NCBI GenBank assembly: GCA_009691685.1
Contig: SIAU01000003.1
Location: forward strand, 4,323 to 68,322
Length of the DNA: 64,000 bases
DNA from: Opitutales bacterium
GTDB taxonomy: Bacteria > Verrucomicrobiota > Verrucomicrobiia > Opitutales > UBA953
Direction of reading: 5' to 3'
A model generated the notes under the pieces. It saw only the letters and a list, made by a program, of their open reading frames with translations, was not told the origin of the DNA and ran no database searches. A program made the translations under genes and the position numbers. This document shows positions 21,463 to 30,812 of this stretch, piece after piece (positions within the stretch are counted from its first letter, which is position 1; the number at the start of each line of letters is the position of its first letter).

Positions 21463-21893
21463 TGTCACTCACCTTAGAAATTGTTACACCTGACCGTCGC
21501 GCCTATACGGGTGAAGCGGATAGTGTAACTTTGCCTACCGCGTTAGGTAGTATCGGAATTTTAAAAGGCCACTTACCGCTTACTTCGATTATTGAAGCAG
21601 GTGAAGTGGTGGTGGTGCTCAATGGTAAAACCTCACGCCTAGCCGTTGATAAGGGCTTCGTGCGTGTGGTCTCCGATAAGGTTTCCGTAGTTACCGAAGC
21701 GGCGATTGATGAAACGAAGATCGATTTAAAAGCGATTGAACAAGCGGAAGAGCGTGCTCGCCAAGCGGTAGAAGCGGCTCGCGGACAAAAAGAAATCGAT
21801 CCCGTTGAAATCGCGAAAATTGAACAAATTTTACGTTTCGCAGCTGTTCAGCGTATGGTCAAAGGTCGTAGTAGCAGTGGCTTAACCGAGTAA
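21462..21893 (+). CDS. atpC: F0F1 ATP synthase subunit epsilon
   Basis: Follows atpD with a TAATG overlap. Beta-sandwich N-terminus plus a helical C-terminus. Confidence 0.9.
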
Positions 21894-21950
21894 AATTGGG
21901 ATAAAAGTAGAAGGCTTGCTCGAATACTTTATTTAAAGTATTACTTCGTC

Positions 21951-22151
21951 ATGCAGGCCGAAATAAAACAAATGCAGGAACGCATCGCGTTTTTACAGCG
22001 CCACATTGAGCAGCAAGACCGAGCCTTTCTTGAGCTATCCAAAGAAATTTCAGTTTTATCTCAGCGCTTAGCACGAATGGAAGGCAAGGTTAACCAACTC
22101 GGCAGTAATGAAGAAGGCCCGCCTGCCGATACTAAGCCTCCCCATTGGTAA
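21951..22151 (+). CDS. slyX: SlyX-like small coiled-coil protein
   Basis: 66 aa. The heptad-rich sequence MQERIAFLQRHIEQQDRAFLELSKEI resembles the SlyX family. Confidence 0.5.
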   Translation: MQAEIKQMQERIAFLQRHIEQQDRAFLELSKEISVLSQRLARMEGKVNQLGSNEEGPPADTKPPHW

Positions 22152-22152
22152 G

Positions 22153-22863
22153 ATGTGCGGTCGCGTTACCCAATTTACGGTAGCACAAAAGTTTTACCAT
22201 TCGCTGGGACTGAGTTCTTCTCCCAGACAACCCCGATATAATATTTCACCAGGAACGAAACTCGTCTGTGTGCGACGCGAGCAGGGGGAATTAAAAGCGG
22301 GAGAACTTTATTGGGGCTTTGTTCCTGCTTGGGCTCAAGGTTCTTCAACCCAAGACGAACATGCTAATGCCAGAATTGAAACGGTTTCCGAAAAGATAAC
22401 TTTTAAAGACGCCCTGAAACACCACCGGTGTTTAATTCCAGTCGAAGGTTACTACGAGTGGAAGACAGTCGGAAAATTAAAGGTACCCTATTATTTTAAA
22501 CGAACCGACGGAGAGCCGCTGATTTTAGCTGGCTTGTGGTCGACGCAAATGAGAAACGATGGTGAAACCAAAAAGTCATTATGCCTCCTGACGACCAAGC
22601 CTAATCGTGAGGCCGCTCAGGTACACTCCCGGATGCCGGTGATAATTTCGTATGAAAATCAAAAGTCATGGTTATCGGATCAGCCATTAAGCCAGTCTGT
22701 CTTGGACTTAGTGAGTGCTATGCCTGAGGCTGGTTTATTGAAGATGTATCGAGTTTCGAGCGAGGTAAACAAGGTGACCACCGACAAACCCGAATTAATT
22801 AACCCTGTTATTGGACAATTAGACCAACCCGATTTTTTAGGAGATTTGCTTGGCGAAATTTAA
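22153..22863 (+). CDS. SOS-response-associated peptidase (SRAP/YedK family, abasic-site sensor)
   Basis: Start moved to the ATG at 22153 so the protein begins MCGR (Cys2 nucleophile). HSRMPVII motif present. The tracked upstream extension overlaps slyX. Confidence 0.8.
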   Translation: MCGRVTQFTVAQKFYHSLGLSSSPRQPRYNISPGTKLVCVRREQGELKAGELYWGFVPAWAQGSSTQDEHANARIETVSEKITFKDALKHHRCLIPVEGYYEWKTVGKLKVPYYFKRTDGEPLILAGLWSTQMRNDGETKKSLCLLTTKPNREAAQVHSRMPVIISYENQKSWLSDQPLSQSVLDLVSAMPEAGLLKMYRVSSEVNKVTTDKPELINPVIGQLDQPDFLGDLLGEI

Positions 22864-22885
22864 ATTATTATCATTAAATAGTGAA

Positions 22886-23287
22886 ATGAGTAGCCCCCTG
22901 CAAAATCCCAAAATCGTTATTAAACCATGGGGACGTGAAATTTGGTTCGCTGACCAAAAACAGTACGCAGGAAAAATTTTAGAAGTAACCAAAGGCAAGA
23001 GACTCAGTTTACAATATCACGAGAGAAAAACCGAGACCCTCTATTTGATTTCCGGAAAAGTTCGGCTGACTTACCGCGAATTGCAATCTGGTGAAAAGCA
23101 CGAGTCCACCCCGATTACTGAATCCAATGAGTTTATTTGGGAGCCAGGTTCAATCGTCCATATTCCCGTAAGAACAATTCACCGCTTTGAAGCCTTGGAA
23201 GACAGCGTTCTCCTGGAAGCATCGACCCCCGATTTAACTGATGTAGTTCGTCTGCAGGATGATTATGCGCGTCCATCACGCGACTAA
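22886..23287 (+). CDS. cupin-domain protein, type II phosphomannose-isomerase-like
   Basis: KPWGREIWF, LSLQYHERKTETLYLISG, IPVRTIHRFEA and VVRLQDDYAR resemble the cupin C-terminal domain of ManC/PMI type II. The ATG at 22886 is preferred over the TTG at 22850. Confidence 0.6.
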   Translation: MSSPLQNPKIVIKPWGREIWFADQKQYAGKILEVTKGKRLSLQYHERKTETLYLISGKVRLTYRELQSGEKHESTPITESNEFIWEPGSIVHIPVRTIHRFEALEDSVLLEASTPDLTDVVRLQDDYARPSRD

Positions 23288-23290
23288 TCG

Positions 23291-24250
23291 ATGAAGAAAG
23301 TTTTAGCATTTGATTTAGGAGGCACTAAATTTGCCTTTGGCGTCGTCGCAGAAAACGGCGAAGTTCTCGGTTCTGATAAAATAGAAACACTCGCCAAACA
23401 AGGTCCCGAGCAAGCGATTCAACGAGTCAACTTAGCTGCTCAATCGTTACTCCAAAAATTAAATATTAAGCCCGAAGAACTGATCGGAATCGGGATAGCT
23501 TCGCCAGGGCCGCTGGATATTTCGAAAGGTTGTGTCGATGGTTCACCTAATTTACCTGGTTGGACGGGTTACTCGATCGAGCAGGGATTAAGCACTTTCT
23601 TTAATTTGCCCGCACGGATTGATAACGATGCAAATGCCGCAGCTCTGGGAGAATACAAATTTGGAGCCGGTAAAAATAAGAAAAACATGGTCTATCTCAC
23701 GGTCTCTACCGGAATTGGCGGCGGCGTGATTGTCGATGGTCGCTTGATGCGTGGGGCTAATGGTAATGCCGCGGAACTTGGTCATCTGACCCTTAATATC
23801 AACGGCCCAGCGTGTCCCTGTGGGGCCAATGGCTGTTTCGAAATGTACGCTTCCGGCACTGCGATTGCCCGTCGCACCCGCGAGGCCATTCAAGCCGGCG
23901 CTCCGTCCCAAATTTTAAGTTTAGCAGGCAGTCTAGAAAAAATTACTACTCACCATATTTTAGACGCCTTACAAAAAGAGGATGAACTGGCTAAAAAAAT
24001 ATGGAATGAAACAACGGAGTATCTTGGAAGAGGATTAGCCGTGGTTATCAACACCTTTAATCCCGAACTGATTGTCGTCGGTGGTGGCGTGACGGCTGCG
24101 GGTGAACTATTATTTAAACCGGTTCGTGAAAAAGCACTACGATATGCCTTTCCTCGCCTGGCTGCCGTTTGTTCAATTGTTCCTGCCGGACTCGGTTCCA
24201 ATGTCGGTGTCGTCGGTGCGGCGGCGTGTGCGTTTGAATCTACGCCTTAA
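23291..24250 (+). CDS. ROK-family sugar kinase
   Basis: DLGGTK ATP motif, ROK zinc motif CPCGANGCFE and a GGGV dimer-interface region. Confidence 0.85.
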   Translation: MKKVLAFDLGGTKFAFGVVAENGEVLGSDKIETLAKQGPEQAIQRVNLAAQSLLQKLNIKPEELIGIGIASPGPLDISKGCVDGSPNLPGWTGYSIEQGLSTFFNLPARIDNDANAAALGEYKFGAGKNKKNMVYLTVSTGIGGGVIVDGRLMRGANGNAAELGHLTLNINGPACPCGANGCFEMYASGTAIARRTREAIQAGAPSQILSLAGSLEKITTHHILDALQKEDELAKKIWNETTEYLGRGLAVVINTFNPELIVVGGGVTAAGELLFKPVREKALRYAFPRLAAVCSIVPAGLGSNVGVVGAAACAFESTP

Positions 24251-24913
24251 TTAAAGCCTTCGTTTTTTCCACCTGGGGATGGGAAAAACGTTTAACTGAT
24301 CGGTTTTAATTTCCACCGCGTCTCGGGGCCGAAGTTTTTTAGCCAAACTCTCATCAATAATTTCATAATGTTTAATTGAGGAAATATGTGACGTTAATTC
24401 CCAGCAGTTTTTAGGATTATCTACCCAAAGTTTACTCGGAAATTTTCGGAGATCGTAAGGAGCGGAATAGCTCCGCAATGATTTTCTCGGGCCTCTGGCA
24501 AATTCATGAAAATAGGACATTACTAATTCGCGAATCGAACGGTAAACGGGATCGCGCCAACGCAGGCAGGTATAATTAGTTTTCGAGATAGCCCCCCATT
24601 TGCCATTTTGCTTAAAGGGGGCAATGACGTGGTCCATGTCTTGGTGAGCACAGAGATCAATTAAGAGAGGAGGGTGGCCCTGTAACCAGAGTGCCATCGC
24701 GGCAATCATCGCGCCTTCAATACACTGGGCTGAATGGGCACTTAAGGCTGATTTTACCGAGCGGGCAGTATCACCCTCGGGTTCAAAATTTTGCGGAAAA
24801 AAAACCAAGTAATCCTGAATTTTTCTCGGAGTTTTTAGACTCACCAGAAGCTTCGCCTGCCTTAATGTTAACCCCATCTTTTGTGCAAAAAGTATGGGTG
24901 ACCGGGGTTTCAT
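24251..24913 (-). CDS. hypothetical protein with transglutaminase-like Cys/His core
   Basis: The ATG at 24913 is preferred over the TTG at 24949. AQCIEGAMIAAMAL followed by MDHVIAPF and GKWGAIS resembles a papain/transglutaminase-like catalytic arrangement. The call is weak. Confidence 0.4.
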   Translation of the reverse strand: MKPRSPILFAQKMGLTLRQAKLLVSLKTPRKIQDYLVFFPQNFEPEGDTARSVKSALSAHSAQCIEGAMIAAMALWLQGHPPLLIDLCAHQDMDHVIAPFKQNGKWGAISKTNYTCLRWRDPVYRSIRELVMSYFHEFARGPRKSLRSYSAPYDLRKFPSKLWVDNPKNCWELTSHISSIKHYEIIDESLAKKLRPRDAVEIKTDQLNVFPIPRWKKRRL

Positions 24914-24972
24914 TGATGAGTTTATAAATAAAAAGTTAATTTTGCTCAAGTCGTAATCTATTCGCCAAAATT

Positions 24973-25668
24973 GTGAAAACCCTCACGTTAATTTTAAATA
25001 TGGACGTCGCCACCATTGAACACCTCCGCTGGGGAGTACTGCAGTTGATTTTACTGATTATCTCGATCGGCCTCCATGAATTTGGTCACGCCTGGGCCGC
25101 CGATTTAAGGGGTGACCCTTTACCCCGTCTCCAGGGGCGCGTCACACTCAATCCTTTTGCTCACACCGACCCGCTTGGAACTATTTTAATTCCAGCAGTG
25201 ATGATTTTCTTGAGTCCTGGCTTTGGCATTATCGGATGGGGCAAGCCCGTGCAAATTTCTCTGCCCAATCCAAAAACCCGTCGGGCGGATGATATTATTA
25301 TTACTCTAGCTGGTCCCGCGATGAATGTTCTGCTATGTCTTGGTTTTGCTTTAATCGGCGTACTTACGGATGCATCCCACAATACTGCCGCGACGAGTAA
25401 TATAGCCCAATTTTTATTTTTAGGAATTTTACTGAACGCCTCCCTGGCCGCTTTTAATTTAATCCCGATTCCGCCTTTAGACGGATCCCGCTTGGCCTTG
25501 AGATTGGGCATTTACTCCGAAGAAATTTTTCAAACCCTATCACGTTGGGGCTTTTTTATTTTACTAATAGCTATTAATATACCGGGTTTTAATACCGTCA
25601 TAATGTTGATGATTAGCCCGATTTTATGGCTCTCTGCACTGATTTGGCCCCATTTAATCCCGGGCTAA
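24973..25668 (+). CDS. M50-family (site-2 protease-like) membrane metalloprotease
   Basis: HEFGH (HExxH) in a TM helix and the NLIPIPPLDG motif; polytopic. The start may be GTG 24973 or ATG 25000. Confidence 0.8.
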   Translation: MKTLTLILNMDVATIEHLRWGVLQLILLIISIGLHEFGHAWAADLRGDPLPRLQGRVTLNPFAHTDPLGTILIPAVMIFLSPGFGIIGWGKPVQISLPNPKTRRADDIIITLAGPAMNVLLCLGFALIGVLTDASHNTAATSNIAQFLFLGILLNASLAAFNLIPIPPLDGSRLALRLGIYSEEIFQTLSRWGFFILLIAINIPGFNTVIMLMISPILWLSALIWPHLIPG

Positions 25669-25716
25669 AATCACCTGAGGCTTGCCTATTTTTATCCCCT
25701 CGCTGATAACCCACTC

Positions 25717-26115
25717 ATGCAAACACTCGGTGAAAGACTCCAAGAAGCCCGCCAACGTCTGGGCGTAACCCTGCGCGAAGCTGCAGAATTTACGAAACTC
25801 CGTACGGATTATCTCCAAGCGATGGAGGCGAATCAGTTTGAATCGATTCCTTTAGCGGACGTTTATCGCCGTGGCTTCGTAAAAGTCTACGCACGTTATT
25901 TGAGGTTAGATGATGAAAAAGCCGTTGCTGATTATAATACTCATCACTCTCCCCGCGCCGCCCGTCGTCCGATTGATGCGCTCGAAGGCGAAGAAACTGA
26001 TGTGGCCCCCCTTTCAGTGGCTAGCGCTGTGCCTCCGATGAGCCGCGACACCATGATTTGGATTTCCGTCGGTATCGGTATTTTGGGATTAATCATCCTA
26101 ATGTTATTCTTCTAA
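25717..26115 (+). CDS. tail-anchored XRE/RodZ-like helix-turn-helix protein
   Basis: N-terminal HTH (LGERLQEARQRLGVTLREAAEFTKLRTDYLQAME). A single TM (MIWISVGIGILGLIILMLFF) forms the extreme C-terminus. No periplasmic RodZ domain. Confidence 0.65.
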   Translation: MQTLGERLQEARQRLGVTLREAAEFTKLRTDYLQAMEANQFESIPLADVYRRGFVKVYARYLRLDDEKAVADYNTHHSPRAARRPIDALEGEETDVAPLSVASAVPPMSRDTMIWISVGIGILGLIILMLFF

Positions 26116-26178
26116 AGTTTTTAGAAAAATAAGAGCCGGGATTGACCCCTCAGGTTTCCGGATTAAGTTTGAGGTACA

Positions 26179-26796
26179 TTGTCCTCTCGACTTGATCAGC
26201 GCGTCCTTGTTTTAAACCGTCTGTGGCAGCCGGTTAATATTGTGGGCGTCATGCGCGCCATGAATCTCCTTTTTAGGGGTCGGGCTTCGGTGATTTATTC
26301 CGACGTCAAAGGACACCAAGTCTACGCCTCGGCGGAATGGATTAGTCATTCACTCTCCAATCCGCCTGCCGATTTAGAGGCCATTCGTTCGCCCTGTATT
26401 GCCCTGCGGATACCACGCGTATTATTATTGGGGGCCTACGATCGCGTGCCACGTCGGGAAATCCGTTTTAGTCGTCGTAATATTTATTTAAGAGACGGCC
26501 ATCTGTGTCAGTACTGCGGACGCGTGTATCGTGAAGAAGAATTAAACCTCGATCACGTGGTTCCGCGCGATGTGGGCGGTAAAACGAGTTGGGAGAATAT
26601 TGTGACCGCCTGTGTGCGCTGTAATTCCCGTAAGGCAAATCGACTGCCCGAGCAGGCGGGGATGACTCTTCGACGAGTTCCCGCGAAGCCTAAATGGCGA
26701 CTAGTGGTGGCCTCATCGCTTTCGACCGATGAAGCCGAAGTCTGGAAAGAGTTTTTAGAAGTCACTCCATCGGGCCAATTACCCTGGAGGGCTTAA
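26179..26796 (+). CDS. HNH endonuclease family protein
   Basis: CQYCG, DHVVPRDVGG and WENIVTACVRCNSRK motifs; TTG start. Confidence 0.8.
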   Translation: MSSRLDQRVLVLNRLWQPVNIVGVMRAMNLLFRGRASVIYSDVKGHQVYASAEWISHSLSNPPADLEAIRSPCIALRIPRVLLLGAYDRVPRREIRFSRRNIYLRDGHLCQYCGRVYREEELNLDHVVPRDVGGKTSWENIVTACVRCNSRKANRLPEQAGMTLRRVPAKPKWRLVVASSLSTDEAEVWKEFLEVTPSGQLPWRA

Positions 26797-26802
26797 AATT
26801 CT

Positions 26803-26876
26803 TGGTGCGGGTAAACGGATTCGAACCGATGTCACCACTTTGGAAGAGTGGGGTCCTACCACTGAACGATACCCGC
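26803..26876 (-). tRNA. tRNA-Gly (anticodon UCC), CCA encoded, discriminator A73
   Basis: The reverse complement is GCGGGTATCGTTCAGTGGTAGGACCCCACTCTTCCAAAGTGGTGACATCGGTTCGAATCCGTTTACCCGCACCA. It folds as a cloverleaf with a 7-bp acceptor stem, anticodon loop CTTCCAA and T-loop TTCGAAT. There is one U-U mismatch in the T stem. Confidence 0.85.
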
Positions 26877-27027
26877 GTGGCCAAGGGCGATGACCTTTCC
26901 ATATTCACCTGAAGAGGTCAAGACTCCCCCGTTAGCAATTTTTTAAAAACGCTAAAAATCCCTCAAATAGTGACTTCTTTGCCCTTTTCGATAGTCTCTC
27001 CTTAGTCCATATTCGTGGTCTCATTGC

Positions 27028-28194
27028 ATGAAGAAAAACAAAGCTAAAAAACCGGTCACCGAAGTACTGTTAATGGGGACGCCCTCTAAAAACAGTGATT
27101 TGCTTTGGTTTACGGGCTTCAATGCCTCAGATCCTTTTCCGGCATTTTCTGCTCATGGTAAAAAGATTGGACTGATTCCTCTTTTAGAAGTCGGCCGCGC
27201 GGAAAAGGAATCCCACCTCGATGAGATTCTTAACTTAACGGAAATAATAAAAGATTTAAGAAAAAACAATCCCCGCGCCGGCGTCGCAGATGCGATTGTT
27301 TTAGCCGCGCTCAATGAGGGGATTGATGCGTTTCGCGTCCCCACAGATTTTCCCGTCGGCCTATATAATCACTTACAGTCTCTTGGCTTAAAGCTCGTTC
27401 CCGCTTCTGAAGAAGATGCGACCCCTTTATTCCGTAACCGTAGCCTAAAAACCAAAAAAGAAATCCAAGGAATTAAAAAAGGGAATCTCGCAGCCTGCGC
27501 AGGATTTAAAAGAGTAGAGGAAATATTAAAAGAATCAGTCATCGCTTCGCAAAAAAAGCTACAGTGGAAGGGTAAAACCCTCACCGCCGAAATTTTAAAA
27601 GATGAAATTCAAGTCGCCGTTACCCGCGCGGGTGGACTTTTAGATATCGGCCTGATTTGTGCACCCGGCGATCAAGCGATTGATTGCCACAGCTCAGGCA
27701 CTGGCCCCATTGCTGCGAATCAGTTGCTGGTGGTCGATATTTTTCCACGTGATCGCGAATCATTTAATTACGGCGATATGACGCGTACCTATCTGAAAGG
27801 CAAGGCGTCGCCCCCACAACGAAAGTTAGTTGAGACGGTTTTAGAGGCCCAACGCCTGGCTTTAAAATCAATCAAAGCTAAAAAAACGGGTGCGCAAGTT
27901 CATCAGGGTGTCGTCGATTTTTTTAATAAAAGAGGTTATAAAACAAAAAAAACCAAAACCGGTTATGAGGGTTTCTTTCATGGTACGGGCCATGGTCTAG
28001 GCTTTGATATTCATGAAGAGCCCTCCTTGTCATCACGTCACACCCAACCGCTCCTCGTTGGCGAATGTGTCACCGTAGAGCCCGGTCTTTATTATTTGGG
28101 ATTAGGTGGGTGTAGAATAGAAGACTGCGTCATGATTACCAAAACAGGATGTGAAATGCTCTCGAAGCATCCTTACGATTGGGAGATATCTTAA
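27028..28194 (+). CDS. M24-family Xaa-Pro aminopeptidase/dipeptidase
   Basis: Pita-bread metal ligand motifs: VDIFP, GDMTRT, HGTGHGLGFDIHE, VEPGLY, RIED. Confidence 0.8.
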   Translation: MKKNKAKKPVTEVLLMGTPSKNSDLLWFTGFNASDPFPAFSAHGKKIGLIPLLEVGRAEKESHLDEILNLTEIIKDLRKNNPRAGVADAIVLAALNEGIDAFRVPTDFPVGLYNHLQSLGLKLVPASEEDATPLFRNRSLKTKKEIQGIKKGNLAACAGFKRVEEILKESVIASQKKLQWKGKTLTAEILKDEIQVAVTRAGGLLDIGLICAPGDQAIDCHSSGTGPIAANQLLVVDIFPRDRESFNYGDMTRTYLKGKASPPQRKLVETVLEAQRLALKSIKAKKTGAQVHQGVVDFFNKRGYKTKKTKTGYEGFFHGTGHGLGFDIHEEPSLSSRHTQPLLVGECVTVEPGLYYLGLGGCRIEDCVMITKTGCEMLSKHPYDWEIS

Positions 28195-28490
28195 TGTCTA
28201 AAAATAAAGGACGCGCGGGGAGCCATACCACGATTATCGAAGCCGCTCGTCTGGTCGTGAAATTGCTGGAAAAAAAAGGTCGTGTTTCGCGCGGTGTCAT
28301 CACCGCCGGCGTGGGTGCACGGACGCAATCGATCAAGGTAACACCCCTGTCTGGTGCCCTTCACGTGATGGTTGTCTCCAAGGGTTCCCGCCAAGAACTC
28401 CATGTTTACGGAATCACGATGTCGGAGGCTAAATTAATTCTCACATCGACAGAGTTTCCCGGATATTTAATAAATTTTCCCAGTGCATAA
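28194..28490 (+). CDS. hypothetical small protein
   Basis: The ATG at 28194 overlaps the upstream stop (TAATG). 98 aa; no family confidently recognised. Confidence 0.4.
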   Translation: MSKNKGRAGSHTTIIEAARLVVKLLEKKGRVSRGVITAGVGARTQSIKVTPLSGALHVMVVSKGSRQELHVYGITMSEAKLILTSTEFPGYLINFPSA

Positions 28491-29955
28491 AGTCCCCGTC
28501 GCCATTGCCGAATTATCGTTAGATGACTGGGTGGCAGTCGGATCAGGTTGGACCTACCTACCTTATTTAGCGCGCTATCACGTGCCCAACTTACCGAAAG
28601 ATTGGAGAAAATTTTTAGACGGTAGATTTTGTGCGGTTTTGGAAAGCGGCCAAACGGGTAATACCACCATTGCTGTTTCGCGCGCCCCCTCGGTTAAGGT
28701 TTTTAATCTAAACGGAACGGTCATTAAACATACGTTGTCCGGTGCCTACGAATCACATCAGGAAAAAATTCTCGCGTATATTAAAGCCTGGAAAAATAAA
28801 CATCGCACGCCCCACTTTAAGGGCTGGCCCGATTTTCAGGGCGGACTCATCGGAATAATGAGTTACGAAGCGGTCACCCAATTCGAACCTGTTACTTCAG
28901 CTCGCGCAGATATTAACACGCCCCTCGCGGTTTTTATGAATGCTTCCGAAGCCTGTATTTATGATAAGAGTAAAAAAGAACTGACCGTTGTGATTCTTTG
29001 TCCCACTAATCAAAATACCGAAACATCTTGGAATACTGCACGAATCCGCTGCCATGAATTAGTTGAAAAATGGATTAATACTTGCGTTGAAAAGGCTCCT
29101 GAGTTTTCGAATAGCAGTAATAAAAATTCGGCTATCCGGAATTTTTCACTCGATGAGGAGGCGTTTAAAAACGCAGTCATTAAGGTTAAGGATTATATCG
29201 CATCAGGGGATACTTATCAGGTTAATCTTTCAACACGTTTAGAAGTGCCGGCGATTGATGCACCCAAGGCCTACGAATGGCTGCGTCAAAATAATCCATC
29301 GCCCTACATGGGTTACCTAAAATTTTCTGAAGGAGAATTGGTCTGCGGCTCTCCCGAATTATTAGTGGAGGTTATTGATGGCCAGGTGCGCTCACGCCCT
29401 ATTGCGGGAACCCGCCCCCGCGGTGGCAGTGTAGAGTCCGATGAAAAATGGGCGCAGGAACTTTCGGAAAATAAAAAAGAAAATGCCGAACACTTAATGT
29501 TGGTGGATCTGTTGCGCAATGACGTCGGTCGCGTCTCGGTCGCCGGCTCGGTCAAAGTTCCAGAGTTTATGGCCGTTGAGCGCTATTCGCATGTTATGCA
29601 TTTAGTTTCTCAGGTGGAGGGTAGAATTTTGCCCACGGCTACGCCAGCTGATGTGCTTAGAGCTTTATTTCCTGGTGGAACCATCACCGGTGCACCAAAG
29701 GTTCGCACGATGCAGATTATTTCGGAAGTAGAACCAGTGGCCCGTGGATTTTATACTGGTTCCGTGGGCTGGATTGGTGCTTCGGGTAATATGTGTTTTA
29801 ATATTATTATACGCTCTCTTTGGGCAACAAGGGGACGCTGCTTTATCCAAGCGGGCGCTGGAGTGGTCGCTGACTCCGTTCCCGAGCAGGAATATCAAGA
29901 GTCGCTGCGCAAAGCCCAGGCGCCACTCCTTGCGGCTACCCAAGCTCAGTTATAA
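28483..29955 (+). CDS. pabB: chorismate-utilising enzyme, aminodeoxychorismate synthase component I-like
   Basis: NPSPYMGY, PIAGTRPRG, FPGGTITGAPK and GFYTGSVGW motifs. A class IV aminotransferase-like gene follows. PabB cannot be separated from TrpE by eye. Confidence 0.7.
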   Translation: MHKVPVAIAELSLDDWVAVGSGWTYLPYLARYHVPNLPKDWRKFLDGRFCAVLESGQTGNTTIAVSRAPSVKVFNLNGTVIKHTLSGAYESHQEKILAYIKAWKNKHRTPHFKGWPDFQGGLIGIMSYEAVTQFEPVTSARADINTPLAVFMNASEACIYDKSKKELTVVILCPTNQNTETSWNTARIRCHELVEKWINTCVEKAPEFSNSSNKNSAIRNFSLDEEAFKNAVIKVKDYIASGDTYQVNLSTRLEVPAIDAPKAYEWLRQNNPSPYMGYLKFSEGELVCGSPELLVEVIDGQVRSRPIAGTRPRGGSVESDEKWAQELSENKKENAEHLMLVDLLRNDVGRVSVAGSVKVPEFMAVERYSHVMHLVSQVEGRILPTATPADVLRALFPGGTITGAPKVRTMQIISEVEPVARGFYTGSVGWIGASGNMCFNIIIRSLWATRGRCFIQAGAGVVADSVPEQEYQESLRKAQAPLLAATQAQL

Positions 29956-29957
29956 TC

Positions 29958-30812
29958 ATGCAGGCCTGGACTAATCAGAAATTTGTTACCGTGCCCGAGC
30001 AGGCTACGGTTTCACAAATCAGTCCAGACTTCTGTCTCTTTGAAACCTTTGCTTTGCGCGGTGGAAGAGTAGAGTCACCCGAGGTTCACGAAGCCAGAAT
30101 GATGTCGGGTCTAGATCATTTAAATTTAGATAAAACAAAACTATATTTAAGTTTTTCCAATAAACTCCATCACTGGGGACCCATTCTTAAAAATCTTTTA
30201 TCCACGGAAAAACTTACCGACGCTATTGTGCGCTGGATGGTTATCCCGAACATCGATGGTACATTGACGGAGTGGGTAACCATTCGACCACTTCCTGCCA
30301 CACCTCCGTCGATAGATCTCTTTTTACTTAAAACCATTCGCGATAATGCCGAATGGTTGCCGCGCCCTAAAACAGGCCCATGGAAAAACTCTCAAGCCGC
30401 TCTCGATGAATTAAAGAATTTATCACCCAGGCTTGATGTGGAAGGTATCCAATACGACCAACATGGAAATATTTCTGATTGCACGCGTAGTGCATTGGTT
30501 TGGTGGGATGGTACGGAATGGTTTACCCCGAGTAAGGAAACGCAGTGTCTATCGAGTACCTCGCTTCAAACTTTTCAAAATAGTTTACGGAGTAAAAAAC
30601 AAATAAAAGCGGTGGCCCAATCTTTTCCCTATCACGCGCAAAGTTTGATTGTTCTTCGCTCCACGTTTGAAGGCGGTGCGGTGTTGGTCAAAAATGTTTT
30701 TAACTCCGACGGTGAATCGGTATGGACCGCTCAACCCAATCAAGAAGAAGCAAGGTCGGCCTTAACTCACTTAAAAGAATTTAGAGCTCAGCGTTCGGTC
30801 AGTTTATTATAA
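29958..30812 (+). CDS. class IV aminotransferase-fold protein, possible aminodeoxychorismate lyase
   Basis: Directly follows the pabB-like gene. The size and N-terminal pattern (FETFALRGGRVESPEVHEARM) fit the PabC/IlvE fold. Weak call. Confidence 0.45.
   Translation: MQAWTNQKFVTVPEQATVSQISPDFCLFETFALRGGRVESPEVHEARMMSGLDHLNLDKTKLYLSFSNKLHHWGPILKNLLSTEKLTDAIVRWMVIPNIDGTLTEWVTIRPLPATPPSIDLFLLKTIRDNAEWLPRPKTGPWKNSQAALDELKNLSPRLDVEGIQYDQHGNISDCTRSALVWWDGTEWFTPSKETQCLSSTSLQTFQNSLRSKKQIKAVAQSFPYHAQSLIVLRSTFEGGAVLVKNVFNSDGESVWTAQPNQEEARSALTHLKEFRAQRSVSLL

Noticed and set aside
21764-21775. Second ops-like string AGCGGTAGAAGC.
   Set aside because: It matches only 7 of 10 fixed positions, lacks the TG end and lies inside the atpC coding sequence. 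It is kept as a reminder that partial GCGGTAG matches occur by chance.
21923-21942. AT-rich inverted repeat AATACTTT-ATTT-AAAGTATT after atpC as the atp operon terminator.
   Set aside because: The stem is 8 bp and mostly A/T (one G-C pair), with no following U-tract, so the predicted stability is low. I cannot support a terminator call.
22108-22152. Upstream start of the SRAP gene, overlapping slyX.
   Set aside because: SRAP proteins need Cys2 as nucleophile. The ATG at 22153 gives MCGR and starts 2 nt after the slyX stop.
26179-26876. HNH endonuclease next to tRNA-Gly as a defence system, homing element or genomic-island boundary.
   Set aside because: I saw no partner ATPase, methylase or integrase, and no direct repeat of the tRNA 3' end. 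The N-terminal region looks like the widespread stand-alone chromosomal HNH family.
26877-26950. TTGACC hexamer upstream (minus-strand sense) of tRNA-Gly as a promoter, analogous to the tRNA-Glu one.
   Set aside because: The distance from the -35-like hexamer to the tRNA is similar (39 against 38 nt). The -10 region reads only AAAGGT or GAAAGG, which is too weak to annotate.
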